Part shown: one piece after another, positions 1-15,200 of the stretch
Layout: each line of letters begins with the position of its first letter
Numbering within the stretch: position 1 is the first letter of the stretch
Assembly (NCBI GenBank): GCA_002633005.1
Contig: NMRA01000008.1
Span: 2,029,942 to 2,093,941 of the forward strand
Length of the DNA: 64,000 nucleotides
Origin: Phoronis australis
Lineage: Eukaryota > Animalia > Phoronida
Direction: 5' to 3'
Notes under the pieces: generated by a model
The model's database searches: none
What the model was told of the DNA's origin: nothing
Seen by the model: the letters and a program-made list of their open reading frames with translations, nothing else
Translations under genes and position numbers: made by a program

Positions 1-872
1 GTCATGTTTAGGTCTTGAAGCTCAACTGAATGTCATATTTTGAGGTTTGTTTTTAAATTTGTAAAATTTTAGCATTCCAGTTAATGTTTGTAGTGTTTTT
101 TCAAAAACATTGTTTCTTCTCATGAAAGGACTTTAAAAATTATCGTCTCCTGAATTAAGTTTTGGAGTTAATGTTCACCAAAAGTTTTCTGTAACGCATC
201 AAGAACAATATGTTAGCACATGGTACATATACAGGCTGTACTGATAGCATCCACATGCAGGGAATGTGCAAGAATCACAATCGATATATTTAAGTATAAA
301 CAGCAATAAATATGTATCTTATCTGGAGTATTCTGCCCAGCAATTTGAACTGAAACTATGGCAACAGTTTGGATACAGTCTCTGAAATTTGGGACTTTAA
401 AATTCAAGTCGAAATTGAATTTTCATGATTCTGAAGATTGATTGCACGGGTGAATTTGGCGTTTATATCTCTCTAATACTTGACACTGTGCTTTGGGAAA
501 TAGTCACAGGAGTTCCGCATTTTGAGCACCGGCATTCACCCCTAAAAGTGACTAACTATTATTGCCTACAGGTTCTGAAAACGACTGCATAAAACCATTG
601 GAAGTATGATTTATCGCTCTCACACGTCCCCATAGTTAGGTGAACTATTGTTTGTCGTTGATCATAACTCTTGAATTTGGGATGGCTAATGTTGCCTATT
701 TCTCAAGTTTGGTGTAAGGTGCGACCTTGTGTGAAATGTTTAATAATTTTGCAATGTCCCAAACAGGAGACTTTTTACCTCAACGTTTTTGTGTCATCAA
801 ATCCAGTCATTATACCGGTATTTTACGCCAGAGCGTCGTTCTTTTGAAACTGTATTAGAGTCTGATTTGCAT

Positions 873-1950
873 TTTTATTAACCCGCATACATAAGATAGC
901 AAAATGAACCCACATTCACATGTGGATGCATTTTGCTATCATTATAGTCTGGCGACTGTCCATGATCGTTCGCGTGCTATATCTCCAAATCCCTTGATGG
1001 ATGTCCCTTAAGTTTTGCAGGCAATTGTTCCTATTGTCGGCCAGCACGGACTAATTTTCAGATGGATCTGACTACAGTTGTGCTTCGTGTGGCAATTTTA
1101 TTACGTAGATGGATTCATTAAGAAGATGGTGCCACTTCCTTGTTTTCAAATGGATTCAATGTGTTCTGCATCACCTTGTCGTCGTTTTTAGTGTTTTTTA
1201 GTGTTTTGTGGTGTCTGCCTCCATTTCTGTTAAACCTCTCTAAGAATTATTATGAAAATGGCATATGTGTTTCTACTGTTGCACCTCCTAGTGGCAGTTT
1301 TTGTACGTCTGGGACTTCCTGCAGGATCTTTGTTAAATTTGTCTGGTATATTTTTAAGAAGGTGCCAAGGGTTGATGGTGACTTTTGGACGGTTGGGCCC
1401 CCTAGTGACTATGTTAGTTTTTTACATTTTCTTCCGTATCTTTGGAGCTCCTTGATGGATTGTCATGAAACGTTTCTCAAAGGTTTCTAATAAAGAGACG
1501 ATTCAACATACTGTATGCCACTTGGTGTTAAGAGTCTGATTTTTTGGCGTCTGGCTCTCTATCAGGAAAACCACTGGGAATCATTATGAAATTTAGCATA
1601 CATGTTACTATTGGCTCGGGAAGTGCATGACTGACAATCATGAACGGGTCTGACTACTGTGGCATCCTCTTGTATCAATTTTTTGCCCATGGCTCGATTC
1701 AAAACCATTGATGGATCTTTTCATGAAATTTGGCACGTGTTTGTATTGAAGAGAGTCGTCTTGTGGCAATTTTGTTTTTATTTGTATTTGTCTTGATATC
1801 TGGCAATTAAGTTCCTTAATGGAACTTGTGAAATTTTACAAATAAGTTATCATCACGTACGTGACGTCACCTAGCTGGTTTGTTTCAAATGGATTTGACC
1901 TGTGGTGCGCTTCCTAGTGGGCTTTCTGTTGTTTTTGTGTCCTTCATTCC
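873..1950. mobile_element. Degenerate Helentron-associated (HINE/DINE-1-like) interspersed repeat; related stretch at ~34105-34620
   Basis: T-rich start (tttttattaacccgc), hairpin gatagcaaaatg...cattttgctatc at ~895-940, then recurring decayed units with 'atgaaatttggca'. Boundaries approximate. Confidence 0.35.
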
Positions 1951-3212
1951 CCGCCTTCCATATGTTCCAAGCTGCGTGAAGAATACCGATGAATGGTCAG
2001 ATGTGCTCCTTCCTATTGAGGAGACCATTTCTAACATGCTATGCACCCTCTAGAGACTATCTCAGTTATTAGTTCACTAACGTTGCTCCATTTAGTGAGA
2101 ATGATCATCTCTTGTATTTGCGTTGTATATGATGTACGCCCACTCGCCCACTCGGTAGGTGCATACTCAGACAGTTGTTTTATATATCTGAGGTGCATAT
2201 CAACTCACTAGACAACATGCACTCACAGTGCTTTATTCTCTATTAGTCTAAAGAAAGTCACAGTGTTTATGTTCATCTGGGTTAATTAGACGAACCTTCA
2301 ATGACATTCCTTATTGCTAGAACTAAACTCCAGTCAGGCAAGATGAATGCTATTCTGGGCTGTGCACTCAAAATGCTTATTGCTCAATAGTATGGAGTCT
2401 ATACTTGTACAACTTTTAATTAGCTATCCTGCAGTATGTCTGACTGACTTTGCCCATGTTGTAGGGGTCATTTGCTCTGCTAGGTCACTGACACTGTGTA
2501 CACATATTATCAGTTGACTGTGCAAATTAGATCAAATATAACTAGATATGTGTATAAGGTACTGTGACTGGTGTGTGTTGATAAGACTATAAATTGTGTT
2601 TGATTAAATAAATGGTTCACGATTTCTTTACTTTGGATTTAATATCTCTGAGAATCCATTGAGATTATTAACCCATTTGACCCGCAGAAGTTTCAAACTC
2701 GCACCCCTGCCCTGATGTGGGATGTCCCTGGAAAATTTCACTCTGTCAGAGAATTTTGTGTGAAAATGGTACTTCTCTGTACCGTAGTCTTCTTGTGTAC
2801 CTTGCATTTAAGGGTTTCCATCAAAAAGGTGCTATGACTCATCTAGGATTTGAAAAATGTAATTCCAAATTCATGAGATTGGCACTCGCCATGGGGATTC
2901 CATATGAGGTCACCCCGATCTCATAGGACAGAGACCAGGTATTCCCCCCCAAAAAACATGTCTGTCAGCATTTGCCAATCGACTGTGTGACATCTGCGGT
3001 AAAAATTGACAGTAAGTCTGTGATGGTAATTTATGTCTGAATATTTATTGACCTAAAACAACAAGGAATTGTACATTTCAATGAAATTTATTTATCATCA
3101 CTTTCTTTGGTTGTCATTTTTGGCCAGGTTGTCTAGAATCTGGCCTTCTTTTGTCTCTCTTACCCGTGCCACCCAATCCGTCACTTTTTCAAACTGGCTA
3201 TCCTTATCCCAG

Positions 3213-3223
3213 TGACGGCCATG
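3213..3223 (+). CDS. Probable 11-nt exon carrying the NDRG start codon (ATG 3221-3223), or an internal microexon
   Basis: ttatcccAG|TGACGGCCATG|GTGAGT: consensus donor, GCCATG Kozak-like context, phase-0 join to 4470 gives M-H-H-A-I-E-T. Confidence 0.5.
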
Positions 3224-6200
3224 GTGAGTGCCTGCTACTTCAGTACAATGTCACCAATTAGGGACAAAAATAACTGCCGAAATTGATCATTTTTCAAAAA
3301 ATTCATGGTTGTGAATACATGCCATTACTCAAAATTTTGTCTGATCATGTTCATGGTATTGAACTTAAAAATGGTTTTAATAGCATATATCTGATGGTAT
3401 CTTTGTGATGAAATGGAAGAACTTTTCACTTGTCCGCGATATTGTGTCCTAAATCGGTGAGATTTTGCAGTGTACCGTGGCATGCCTCTGTTTACAGTCT
3501 GAATGGAAGCAAACCAGATCCTCTATTATGATAAAATATTAAACAAAATGTATGGAAAATTAATGGCCATGAATCGCCTAGATTTATTATCGTAGTCAGT
3601 TAATCCCTGTTGGGCCGCAGTAATTGTCGCAAACTTCATACCAACATTGCTTCAGGCACGCGATGCGATGTGGCACAGTTGAAACATATTGTTCTCCATT
3701 GAAACTGTTATGTCACTAGTTTTTTTGTCACATGACACAAATAAACCATTTAGCATGCTCTCACTGGAGATTTCGTCTTCACCATCTTCAGATAATTGAA
3801 TTTGTGACCGGTTGAAATTGATTTTTGCTCGGGATATCTGAGCTAAAGAATCACAATGCTTAAAAACAATCTTTTTGACACATGTTATTGGTCATTTTTG
3901 AGAGTTGAGACCTTTCATTCACTTCCTCTGCAAAGTTTTCTCAGCAGCCATGGCCCAGGGTTTCGTGGACGCATGAATCTCATGAAGGAGGCTTGCGTGC
4001 ATGCTTCCCTTGTAATACATCGTGATTCTTGTGAAGTTGTGCATCTCGTGTCTGCAGAACCCAGGTTCTACATTTCCCCCAGAAGGAAGAAGTTTTTACA
4101 AAATAAATAATCGGAATGTCTTGCTCATTTTAAATATTAAAAAGTGTTGTGCATTTTTGTTTTTTAGCCTCTTTATGTTGTTCTCATCCTTAATGTTTCG
4201 TCTTTAGCACAGTGTAACTATAAAAACTAGTGTTCAGGAGTACATGTGTTGTTGGGAGCTGCCATATTACAGTGTACCAAGCTTATTTTACATATTGCAC
4301 TTAAATTGATTAAATTACCTGATAGGTAAATTTTATTAAGGGACAGTTATTTAATAGGATGATATCTATAGGTTGGAACAGATAGATGTTAATTTGGAAG
4401 TTAATAAGATACTCTGTAATAGCAATTAATTATCAATATGTTAATAAATGCTCTTGTTTTTTATTTCAGCATCATGCAATTGAGACGGATATAGGCGTCC
4501 TCAACTGTTATGTCCAGGTAATGTCAGTCTTTTATGACTTCTTCTTTGTGCACACAGTTTCTTTGAGTACTTTTTCAAGTGTTATTGATTACGTTGCTGA
4601 ATTAGAAAATTTGCTGCGGTCTCCCATAACTCACTGTCAGTCATTTGTCTAATGTGAGTCAGGTCTGCAGAAGGATGGTCTGTCAGTGTGGTTGTTGATG
4701 TGTGTCTCTGGACAGGTCTTCACTAGCTCAATAACAACTTCTAACTACCAACATATTTTGCATTACTCTCTGTGGATAACTGAGTCTGTTTGTGTAGCAC
4801 AAGATGGCATATTTGACCCAAATCACATGAGGCTTCAATTTCTGGTTGCTGTCAAATGAATGTAGTTGTAGTTTCAGATCTGTGTAGATTCCAGCACAAT
4901 GATTTCGCTAATTATCTGACAAGAAACGGTTTGGAAGCCGAAAGACAAAACATTTTTTTAATCAAGTTGGCTCAAGTGTCCTCAATGCAGATCTTGGTCT
5001 CTATCATATGTAGTTTACTTATATGGTAAAAATTGGGAAAAAATAATTTTTATATTTACATTTCTTATACGTTTTCAAAGACTTTCTACATAGCTTTAAA
5101 TGCTCAAAATTAATTACATGTTTGGTGACAAGCTGGACTTAACTAATCGTGCTGTCAATGAAGTAAAATTTTCTTAAAAGCTGTGGTTTTGTGAAAAAGA
5201 AATTCATCCACTGTGTTTCCAAGCAGATGAATATTTATACCACAGGCATTCCAGTAGTGTAGCAAAATAATTCAGCATCAAGCCCTTGTACACGTGTCTC
5301 AAGCCCGCCTTGTCATACATATGAGAAAAATGTTACTTGAAAAGAAAACGTAATGATAATTCATAAACCTGTAACAGCATTTTTGAAATTCCACTTTTTT
5401 GTTGTCGCTTCTGTTGTTTTACTTTTCTTTTCTCGTTAGTTTTACTTAAACTACACAGCCACGTGACCTGATTAATGGCAGATTAGTATAAAGTCAAAAA
5501 GTCAAATTCTACAATGTTTTTCTACTTTCAGAAAACGTATACTTTTAATGAGTTAAAATCAATATTTCCGTTAAGTTCTGTATATATTTGGTTGAATGCG
5601 CAGACTTAAGGTGCTTTCTAACCTTAAAGTGTGTACATATTGCACGTTTATCCACTGGCTGTAAGAAATCTAATGCATTACGTGCGGCAACGATCCAAGA
5701 ACAGGTTTCTTTCAAGTGCAAATTGCAAACATTGGCTCGCAAAGGCTCAGTAGCGATCAAAGCCCTGGGCTGAAATTGTCAGCAGTCCACCTGTGAATAG
5801 AGAAAAGTTACAGTCATCACTTGTTTAGCGCGCAGCGTGGCGCCATGTGAAATTTCACTTTGACAAACTTTTCAACAAAAATAAAGGATAAGAATGATTA
5901 AGAATATGATTCGTTTGGTTTGTAGGGTGGTTAAGTTTTGAAACAACATAATACGTTTCGTTTATTTGTTCGCAAATTAATCAGCCTTTTAAAAATGACT
6001 ATTTTGGCTATCATTATTGTGTGAAATGAGCAAAGAATGTGTTGAGAATAGCGTTACAGATCTTGCTACACTAAGACTAGCCTAGGCAAGGTGCTTTACC
6101 CTAGCCAAGCTGCAAGTCGAGCCTATTTGCCTGAGTGAATTGAGTGTGTAAATCTTTGTTTGAAAATACTGCTTGCCTGTAATTATTTCCATCAGATTAG

Positions 6201-9200
6201 GTTTATTGCCTTGTAAACACAGGGTATGGTAATGGGCTGTCTCTAGATGATTGGGGAGAGTAGGTTGTAATTTGTAAACACAAATTATAAGTCACATTAT
6301 TAACCTATCTTTAGAATTGTATTTTGTCGCTTTTGCAGGGAAAGATCACATCTGCTGGGTTTGTTATTCTAACAGTGCACGACTTGGGATGCAACCGTAA
6401 GTTTACCAATAGTGGCTGGGCCCTACAAGCGCTGTCTTATCACTGGCAGCGCACCCTCAATCAAATTTCAGTGGTTCACGTAATGTGCCCTGGATGAATT
6501 CTCCTGTCTTCTTTTCCACCGTCTTTAAATTTATGTTCAAAAGTTTTCTTAGGTAAGGCCGATGCCATGCAATGGTGAGGGGTGATCTCATACCATACCA
6601 CGGGGCACTCCACCATGTCTACCTCTATTGACATTTGGAAAGTGGACACCTAGATGCATGTCCTTCTCATTTTATCTGCCAGTCATCATTATCCCCATCA
6701 GCTTCTCTTTCTTTCTGTTAATACTTAGCTGGCGATTCCTGGAGTTATGAGGGTTAAATATTTAACAATCTGATTACTAGTATAAGGTATCATCAACACA
6801 CCATGTCTCACTTATGAAGCTTTTAGATTTGTTATGCAGTGACTTAGCACTCATGCTTCAGGGAGGAAATTGTCCCTTGAAGAGGATATCTGTATGTGGA
6901 TACTGATGCATAGCAGGAGCTAAACAGCACTCCATTTTGCCTAGAAAATTTAATTAGGCCTTTTGCTGTCATAAAATTGATCTCTTAATATTCATTGCCG
7001 CGATAGGTTTCTATTTCCGTTTAACTAAGAAGAACATCAAAACCAAAATGCTGAGAGTTTATTGGGAAGGGCCATTATATTAAAGTTGCAGATTCAAAAT
7101 TGGTGACAGTGACTTTTGAGGTGCTGGCTGCTTCGTCGATAATTCATCGTTATTGGCGTGGTAATGTTTTTAAATTAGGTATAAGCACTTTGATTAAGAT
7201 TTCAACACTGACAGCTAAACAGTGGTGAAATGCAGCTTTAAGACATCCCTCGCAAACCAAGTTGCAATTGTATCCATGGATACTTGGTAAATGTGAAAAC
7301 AAAAAAATTCCGCAAATGACTGACATTTGTATTAATGACCTACCTTGCGGCCGCATTACTATTCCCCAATGCCACGTCACCGTACTTACTGGACACGGTT
7401 AAGGGATTTGCTGTGGAATATTTTTGCCACAAAGTGCATTCTCATGAGAAACATTTTGCTACTTGTATACACTTTAAATTTGCAACATCTGCAGTATGTT
7501 GTATTTTAAACTGATTTGTCTAAATAATCTCACAAAGAGATAGTAATTAACAGGCTCATTTTGAGCTGGCAACTCTGTGATATATTCAGCATAATTGAGG
7601 AGCAAATCCATGGACTGGGTTATTGGACACATTGCATTTTTTTGGAAATACACAAGATAGGGGACAAAAACTATGGAATCACCCGTAGTATTGATTTTTC
7701 ACAGTGATCAAAAACTGGGAAATACTGGTCACAGAAATGTTGAGGAGTGTATGATGTTAACAATATGAGAGGTTATCTACTTTGTATATTCATCTAACCC
7801 TGAATATTGTACTTTTCGTTCATTTGTCATACATTGGGCGAACTACTAACCCATTGCATCAAGCTGTTTGGGTTTACACTTAAATATACACACATCAAAT
7901 TTCTGTGGTTTCTCAAATATTTTATAGCAACAGCTATAAACCAGTGGCCCATTCCAAGAAACTGTTTTACATTAAGTGTAAGATTTGTCTCATCTTCCAA
8001 ACTTTGAAACTTCCACATCTAGTAAGTTGGTCAAAATCAAGACAAAACTTAAGTCAAAAATGTCAAAATTAAGATCTTTTTCTTGAAACGAACGTGAGAC
8101 AAATTGAAGTTTTGCCTTAAAATTGACTGAAATTTAATATTTGTCTTAGCCAGGTCATTTTTGTTGGAACAGGCCCCTACCTTACATGAAAAATAACTGT
8201 TGATTTAGACCACTAACTGTTATGAAATTGATTTCTTCGTTCCTTAGTGAAACTATAGGTGACCATGCTGGGCACATAAACGACGTGTCGTAACAAGCCA
8301 TCCTGTACAGCATGATGTCGAGTAATAACAAAGTGTCAGTTATTTTCTTTTTCTTTTTTTGTAAGTTCTTTGTTAACCCAGAATTGTTTAAATCAAACGA
8401 TCGCTTCTAGAACGTGACGCGTGGTTCTAGCCGCTTTAAGATAGATTGAAGTGGCCCCCAGGGGGCTCTTTCGGAAATATCTGGTTGTTGTATTAGTTAC
8501 AATAACAATCAGACAGCAGATTTGTTGAAATAATCAAGAAATGAATATAGAGCTCTCTTAAGTTGAATGGATTTGTCCTCTTCTCATTTTGCAATTCTGT
8601 CTCCATACTAAGCCTATGTAGTGCATATATTAAGCTATACTTACAAATGAAACCCACGTTTTCAGAAATTTCTATTACTGTAAAGTCTTAGCAATTTAGC
8701 ACACATTATAGCAGATTAGCGAAGTTTCATTGTTTCACATTAAATGATCCGCAGTTAGCAGAATGATGCTTTGTCGTATCCAAGTTCTGTACAATTTAAT
8801 TGGTACAAAGTTGTATAAATACAAAATGATTTGTATCTTTGGAACAATGTGGGTAAAAACGGTGAATCAAAATCTGAAATAACATTGATCAGTAACTAGT
8901 AGAATGTTATGTTTAGAATTTTTCATAAAGATATATTCGCATCATCAAACAATATTTTGAAAAAAATGTGGGCGTTCACAACAGTGTGTCAGAAGCCCTC
9001 GGAAGTAAAAGAAGTGCAATTATAGCAATTATTTTTCTCCAACATTGGTAAGATTTCACTGTACTGATGAATGAATAATCAATGACTAATCTTGACTTAT
9101 TGAAACTTAACAAGAATTGAACATTGTTGGCAACAAGAAGGGTAATTACTTTTTACGCTGAATGCTAATGGAGTGCGAGTGCTATAAGAACAGATCAACG

Positions 9201-12200
9201 AATGTTATCCACTGTTTAACTTTTTCATCTCATGGGACTCAACTTGTTAGCTATTCCAGGACCAGTTCATTCAGCCTGTCAAGACAGATATCTTGCTTGC
9301 ATTTCAGAACAGTGCACGGTTGACTTGTCACATTCTTTTGACAGTTTGACAGCTTGCTGCCAAGTTACCCTAATCCCTGTTAGAACTGTGAAGTAGACTG
9401 AAGTTTACCTGTGAGGTTTAGTGTTAACTATTGAGTTTAGGTCTGGGTGATGCTATGATCATTGTAGTTGTTGCATGTGGTAGCACTGTTGTTTAGCTCT
9501 GTTTAAAAAGACCTTTTCAATGTAGTAATGAATCGAGTTTATGATTTTGTAGTAAATGAAACAAGTTAGTTGTAAAAAGTGAATTATGTTTTTAGAAAAA
9601 TATGAACGCGGTATCAAAGTTCAAACGCGGATAAAAATGCTAAAATACTGATTGCATCCAGGCAGTAACTAAATCAGAAAAACGTAAACGGCCTCCATAG
9701 GTGACTGTGCATGACTGTACAAGTTTTGGGCAGTCTAGGCAATGGGTAAGTGTCAGCTGTGCACCATTGTGCATCAAATAGACATTGGCCATTGTTCATA
9801 TTGAACCAATGAGGAGGCTACAACTACCAGGCCATAATATGTAACTCCAGTGTAGCATCCTACTGGATACGGCTGTGTTCTCCGTGGACATCACCCGCCA
9901 CATCTGACGGGTGTTTGTTAGGCACAAACTCATAAACAGACCAAAGGCTTTGTAATTTTCCTTTAAATCCATGCTGAGTGGCCGCTGTCACTCCACAGGT
10001 GTCCCTGCAAGGTAGCATGATGGTACTTCTGTCTGTGGAGCCCTGCAATGTCTTAAGCAGCTTTTGACCCCATGAGTAGTTAGTTTCATTATAATCCCAG
10101 ATGGAGGAGACCCCTTTACATGCGATTTGGTAATAGTACCTATGGAGGCTCTTTTATAACACCAGAGACATCATAGAACACTTTCCAGTGCTACATGGCC
10201 AGTGAAACTTAATTGTGGTAAAATCCGATCAACTTAGCACGCAATATGGTGGACAAGTGACGTTTCATTTGCTCATTTTTTGGGGAAAAATTGGCTGTAC
10301 CATATTAGTGCTTTACCTTATTCAAGTTTGTTCTCAACAATATCATTGATACATTGAGAGAATTCCTAACAATGTTAGAATACCTAAGGTCTTCTAACAT
10401 TGTTAAGTGATAGATAGAAAAGAGCAATTTTACCATCAATAATTTTGTGATCAGATTTTACCATACTGTGGACTCGGAATTCAGAAGCGTTCTTTGATGT
10501 GTTGTTTTTGCCTGAGTAAGTTTAGTCAGACAATCCATATGTCTCAACCCTCATCAAATGTTCCCCTCTTCCAATCATCATATTATGTGTTCTGGGGCCA
10601 AACAAGGTTTATTGCCTGTTTTAGTTCCCTGGGCCTATGATGTTACCATGTATTTAGGCGGAATCCCATGATCCGATATAATCAAAGAGTAAGAAGAAAT
10701 TTCACCATTTAAAACGTAGTGTAGACCTTATTCGCACAGTCACCATTTTAGTAGTGAGCCCCTTTTTAGCTTTAAAAAAACAAATGAGACATAAATATAA
10801 TGAGGCACGTGGAAAAATCATGCTTTGCGCTGTGATTAGTTGCAGAATGCATTGTATTTAAAACCGAAAAAGAGGCTCACTTTTTAAATGGCGATTGCGT
10901 GAATAAGGTGTATTGGGAAGGTTCAGTTTTCGAACAGGATAACTCACCCATTAGTCGGTGCTTTGCCATTTTCAAGCTGTGTACCATAGCTAACATTCCA
11001 AAATATTCTAAAATATCGGGAAGGTAGGCGGTTTGGCTACGAAATGTCTGGCGAAAATGCTATCAGTTTGGGGTAACTCTAAGTGCCAGTTAGTAAACAG
11101 TGCTACGGTAATCTCACCAAGTTAAGACACAAAATGGCTGACGCGTGAAATTTACTTTTGTAATGTTTGCCGTGAAATATGTATCACAAGAAATTGATGC
11201 TTTGCTCAAGTTATATACGATATCTAATATCAGATAATGTTCTTGGAAAAATATGACCATTCATAATAGAAACATTTGAAAAACGAAAAAGGGACAATTT
11301 CCACAATTGTTTTTTGTCCCCAGTTGGAGATAGTGAAAATAACAATATTGCAGTTATTCCCAAAAATGTTATCGAAAACGCCAGCAGTTTTGGGGTAGCA
11401 AACTGTTAATAAACCACTAGCAAACTGTTAGTAAACTGCTAGCAAACTTAGTAAACCGCTAGCAAACTGTTAGTAAATCGCTAGCAAACTGTTAGTAAAC
11501 CGCTAGCAAACTGTTAGTAAACCGCTAGCAAACTGTTAGTAAACCGCTAGCAAAAATGAGCCTTGATTTCGTTCTCATTGCTGGACTCTTTCTGCTACCA
11601 GCGAGAGTGCTAGTCAGAAGGCTAGTGTTTGAGTTAGTGTGTGAACCTAGTGCTACTGTCCACTGTTGTTTATAGATACGATGTGGCACAACTTCATCAA
11701 TCATTCGTCCATGGTGGAGATCACCAAGCGCACTGCCTACATTCATATTGATCTGCCCGGACAGGAGGACAGTGCCCAGCCCCTACCTGCCAAGTAAGTG
11801 TGTCTGGTATAGAACTGTGCGGAAGTGTTAGTCATTTCATAGACATTCTCCAAATACCTGCTGTCGGAAATAAATGCTATGTGTATTGGTCAAATTTAAG
11901 CTTGTGTAGAACCCTAGAAAAACACTAATCTAATTTTAGCTAACTTCATAACATCATATCTCAGAAATGGCTGATCAGATTCTTATGAAGTTTTCAAATA
12001 CTTTATGCACTTTCTCCAATTGTTTTTAAGAATGTCCACTTTAAGATTTTGCTTAATTTTCCTCAATTGAAAGATAGGGCTTATATGAGTTTTTTGAAAC
12101 AACTCAAAAGTTGCATAATGCGAAAAATGAAATGATAATTTCAAAAACTGTAACAGCATTTTTGAGATTTCGTCAAAATATATTTTTTTCTTGTAACCTG

Positions 12201-15200
12201 TAAAGCACTGGCTAGCTCTGACAAAAACAGTTAGGCCACGCCTAGCGTGGCTGCCATCGCAGTTAAGCCACGCCTACTGTGGCTACCATCACAGGTAGGC
12301 CACGCCTACCGTGGCTACCATCTCAGTTAGGCCACGCCTACCGTGGCTACCATCTCAGTTAGGCTGCGCCTACCGTGGCTACCGTCTCAGAGTCCTACAA
12401 GCATGAAGCCAGTATCCTGACAGAAGCCCTTTCCAAAAATGTACCACGGCAACAGAGTTTTGATCATATTTCACTGATCAGAAGTTACTGTCCTATAGAG
12501 CCATATTGACCATAAGAATGGGTCTTGGGGAAGCAAGCAATTGTTGCACACAGTGGTATATCCGTGATACTAAGTCTCAGAGTTCATTCATCAATTGCGC
12601 CAGCCCATTGACGTGCCAAGCTTCATTCTTGCATTTGTTTGATCTATTCAAACAGACACCGACTGCAGTAGTTGTTTTGCATATGTCTGCCAATAAGACT
12701 GACTTCTCCCGTAAGCTATGTCATAACACAAACAAAAAATGGGAAAACTACTTCCATGCAATTTGACTGCATATGGCTGTTTTTGTGCGTTTGCTTGTGT
12801 GTCCTTCTGTCTGTTCATTTTGCTTCACCGTGTTCATTTTACCCTGTACCTGAGGATGAGACCATGTGGTCTCGCAATATAGCTACTTAACGTGTTTATA
12901 CGTTATGTCTCTTGGTGATTTGCTTCACAACTGCACGCTGGAAGAATATAGGAGATTGTATAGAGAGAATGAACGAGTATGTATTAGGCTATACAGTAGT
13001 GCTTTCAAGAGCATGTATTAGGCTATACAGTAGTGCTTTCAAGAGTATGTATTAGGCTATACAGTAGTGCTTTCAAGAGTATGTATTAGGCTATACAGTA
13101 GTGCTTTTAACCAAGTTTGTGCTGTCCGTCTGTAGATACTTAATGATAGTCTATGGTTCATCCATGTGTTTATTCATCTAATCGTGAAGTCTACTACATC
13201 TAATTGTATCAGCGTCGAGCGCTTTTCTCTTTCACTCTCGGTATATTGATGCTCTTCATCGCACGTTCCCCAATTAAATCTTCAATAAACGCTTGTGTTC
13301 ACAGCCAATGTTCAAAGGACAGACATGGTGAACTGTTGTGTTAGCACGTGTTCCTGTGACTTGATTGGCCGGAATTGCTAGCTTGATTGACATGTCGGAC
13401 TCACTATCCACTTGTCAAGCAAAATGCTTCAAAAATTGACTCTTTGGCTGAATGCCTCTGTCAGTTCTCGTTCGGGTTTTTGTCCAAAATGTTATTGTCT
13501 GTTATGAACAAGTTCTTAAAAATTAATTATCAACTGGTGCATGGCTGCTTTCCCCAAACACCAAAACTGGCCAGGTGCATGATCGCCCTGGGCCTGGTGG
13601 AATTTCAGTCATGTTGTTACTCCTCAAATTCAATAGTGTGCTCCTTTAATTCCTGACAATTCCCCGATCATGTCGTAAGCTATTTAGCAGTTGGTTGCCA
13701 ATGAAAAGTCTTGACTATAAGAAGCTTAAGTTTATACCGGTAACCCGACTGGTTGCGAAGAATTTTCTGCATTTCGCCCTGAATTTTGAATTTTCTTTTT
13801 AGGTTCAAAAATAGGCGGAGGTTTTATGAAAGGAAAGTTGTGCGTGGTCAGAATGTAAAAATCATGTCTTTGTGAGCTTAACCAACTGGTGCTCCACAGG
13901 CTCCATAGTGTAGGAGTAACTGAATAGTTCACTAATCTGTACAGAGAATTAATTGGGTTTTGGCACAAAATTCCTCTAGTATTGAAGTCTTCGTGTACCT
14001 GTCACAAAGTTCCATGTTCGTATCTCTGTGTTAGTTTGACATTTTCGCTTTATTTTTTTTCAGCTACAAATTTCCAACTATGCAACAAATCGCCGAAGCC
14101 CTCCCCAAAGTACTGGATGAGCTGAAGTATGTATTTACCTGTTAATGACATAACTGTAATATAGTGAACTTCGAGCACATATATGATTATGAAAATTAGT
14201 AGTAATTGTATGTCTGGTCTAATGCATTCAAAAATGATGACTTACTGCCATTTATGCAATTATGGCTTGTCAGATCCAGGGATATTCCTGACCAAGTTTG
14301 AACCTGTGCCCTTTAGGATGCACCTGATGTTAAAAAGTGTGCCTTTTTTCAAAAAGTTGTGCCCGGCAGACTTAGTGTAATTAAAGTGGTAACATACGAA
14401 ACAGAAATCCAATGGCAATCGAAACAAGAACAGAGTCATGTTTTACGCGACTGCCTGAAAGTTGACTAGAATGCATTTTTGGAAAAGTGTGGCATCTTAA
14501 GATGCGTCTGGGGGGGCTAATGGCGCAAAGGCACAGTCCAGGAATATCCCTGTATGCCTATGTTTGGTTTCATGCTATCAACTGAACTATCTACTAAAAA
14601 ACAAGGTCTGAGTTAGTATTAGTAGTAAGTCTGACTGAGTCATGAATTCTGTGTAAATCTCATGACAGTCACAATTTAACGCAGACTGGAAACTAACTGA
14701 AAAACTGGCATGTGGCGTGATGCCCTTGCACTATATCAGGTGCCCTTGAGGCTGGACCCACTGCAATGCGGTCACCAGGAAACAAATATAATTGCACGTG
14801 AAGTCAAGATCTGACCAGATATGCACTGGCTGCAGGTTACACTTAATAAAAATCTGTGTCTGGTTTAAATTAGTAATCGATTGACTCGAAGTAAATGTCT
14901 GTAATACATTAGTGGACACCTGACTTCTCCAACCGGATATCAGTCACGTCGTCTTCCTGTGAGCACTTTTAAATCATCTTCAATCAAATCGCCCATTGTG
15001 TGAGAACAATTGTAGCTCTCGCACTTATCTCCACTCCAGTAAATGAGTTTGTTATCGCAAGAATTGAGCTCTGATTGCGGTGATTTATCTCTTGGTTATG
15101 GAATGTCTCAGATATTTTTTTTAAATCAGATTGGATATAGCTTTGCTGTTTTTGATACACTTAATTGTCAAGCTGCCTTTCACTTGAAAGGTAATACTCG

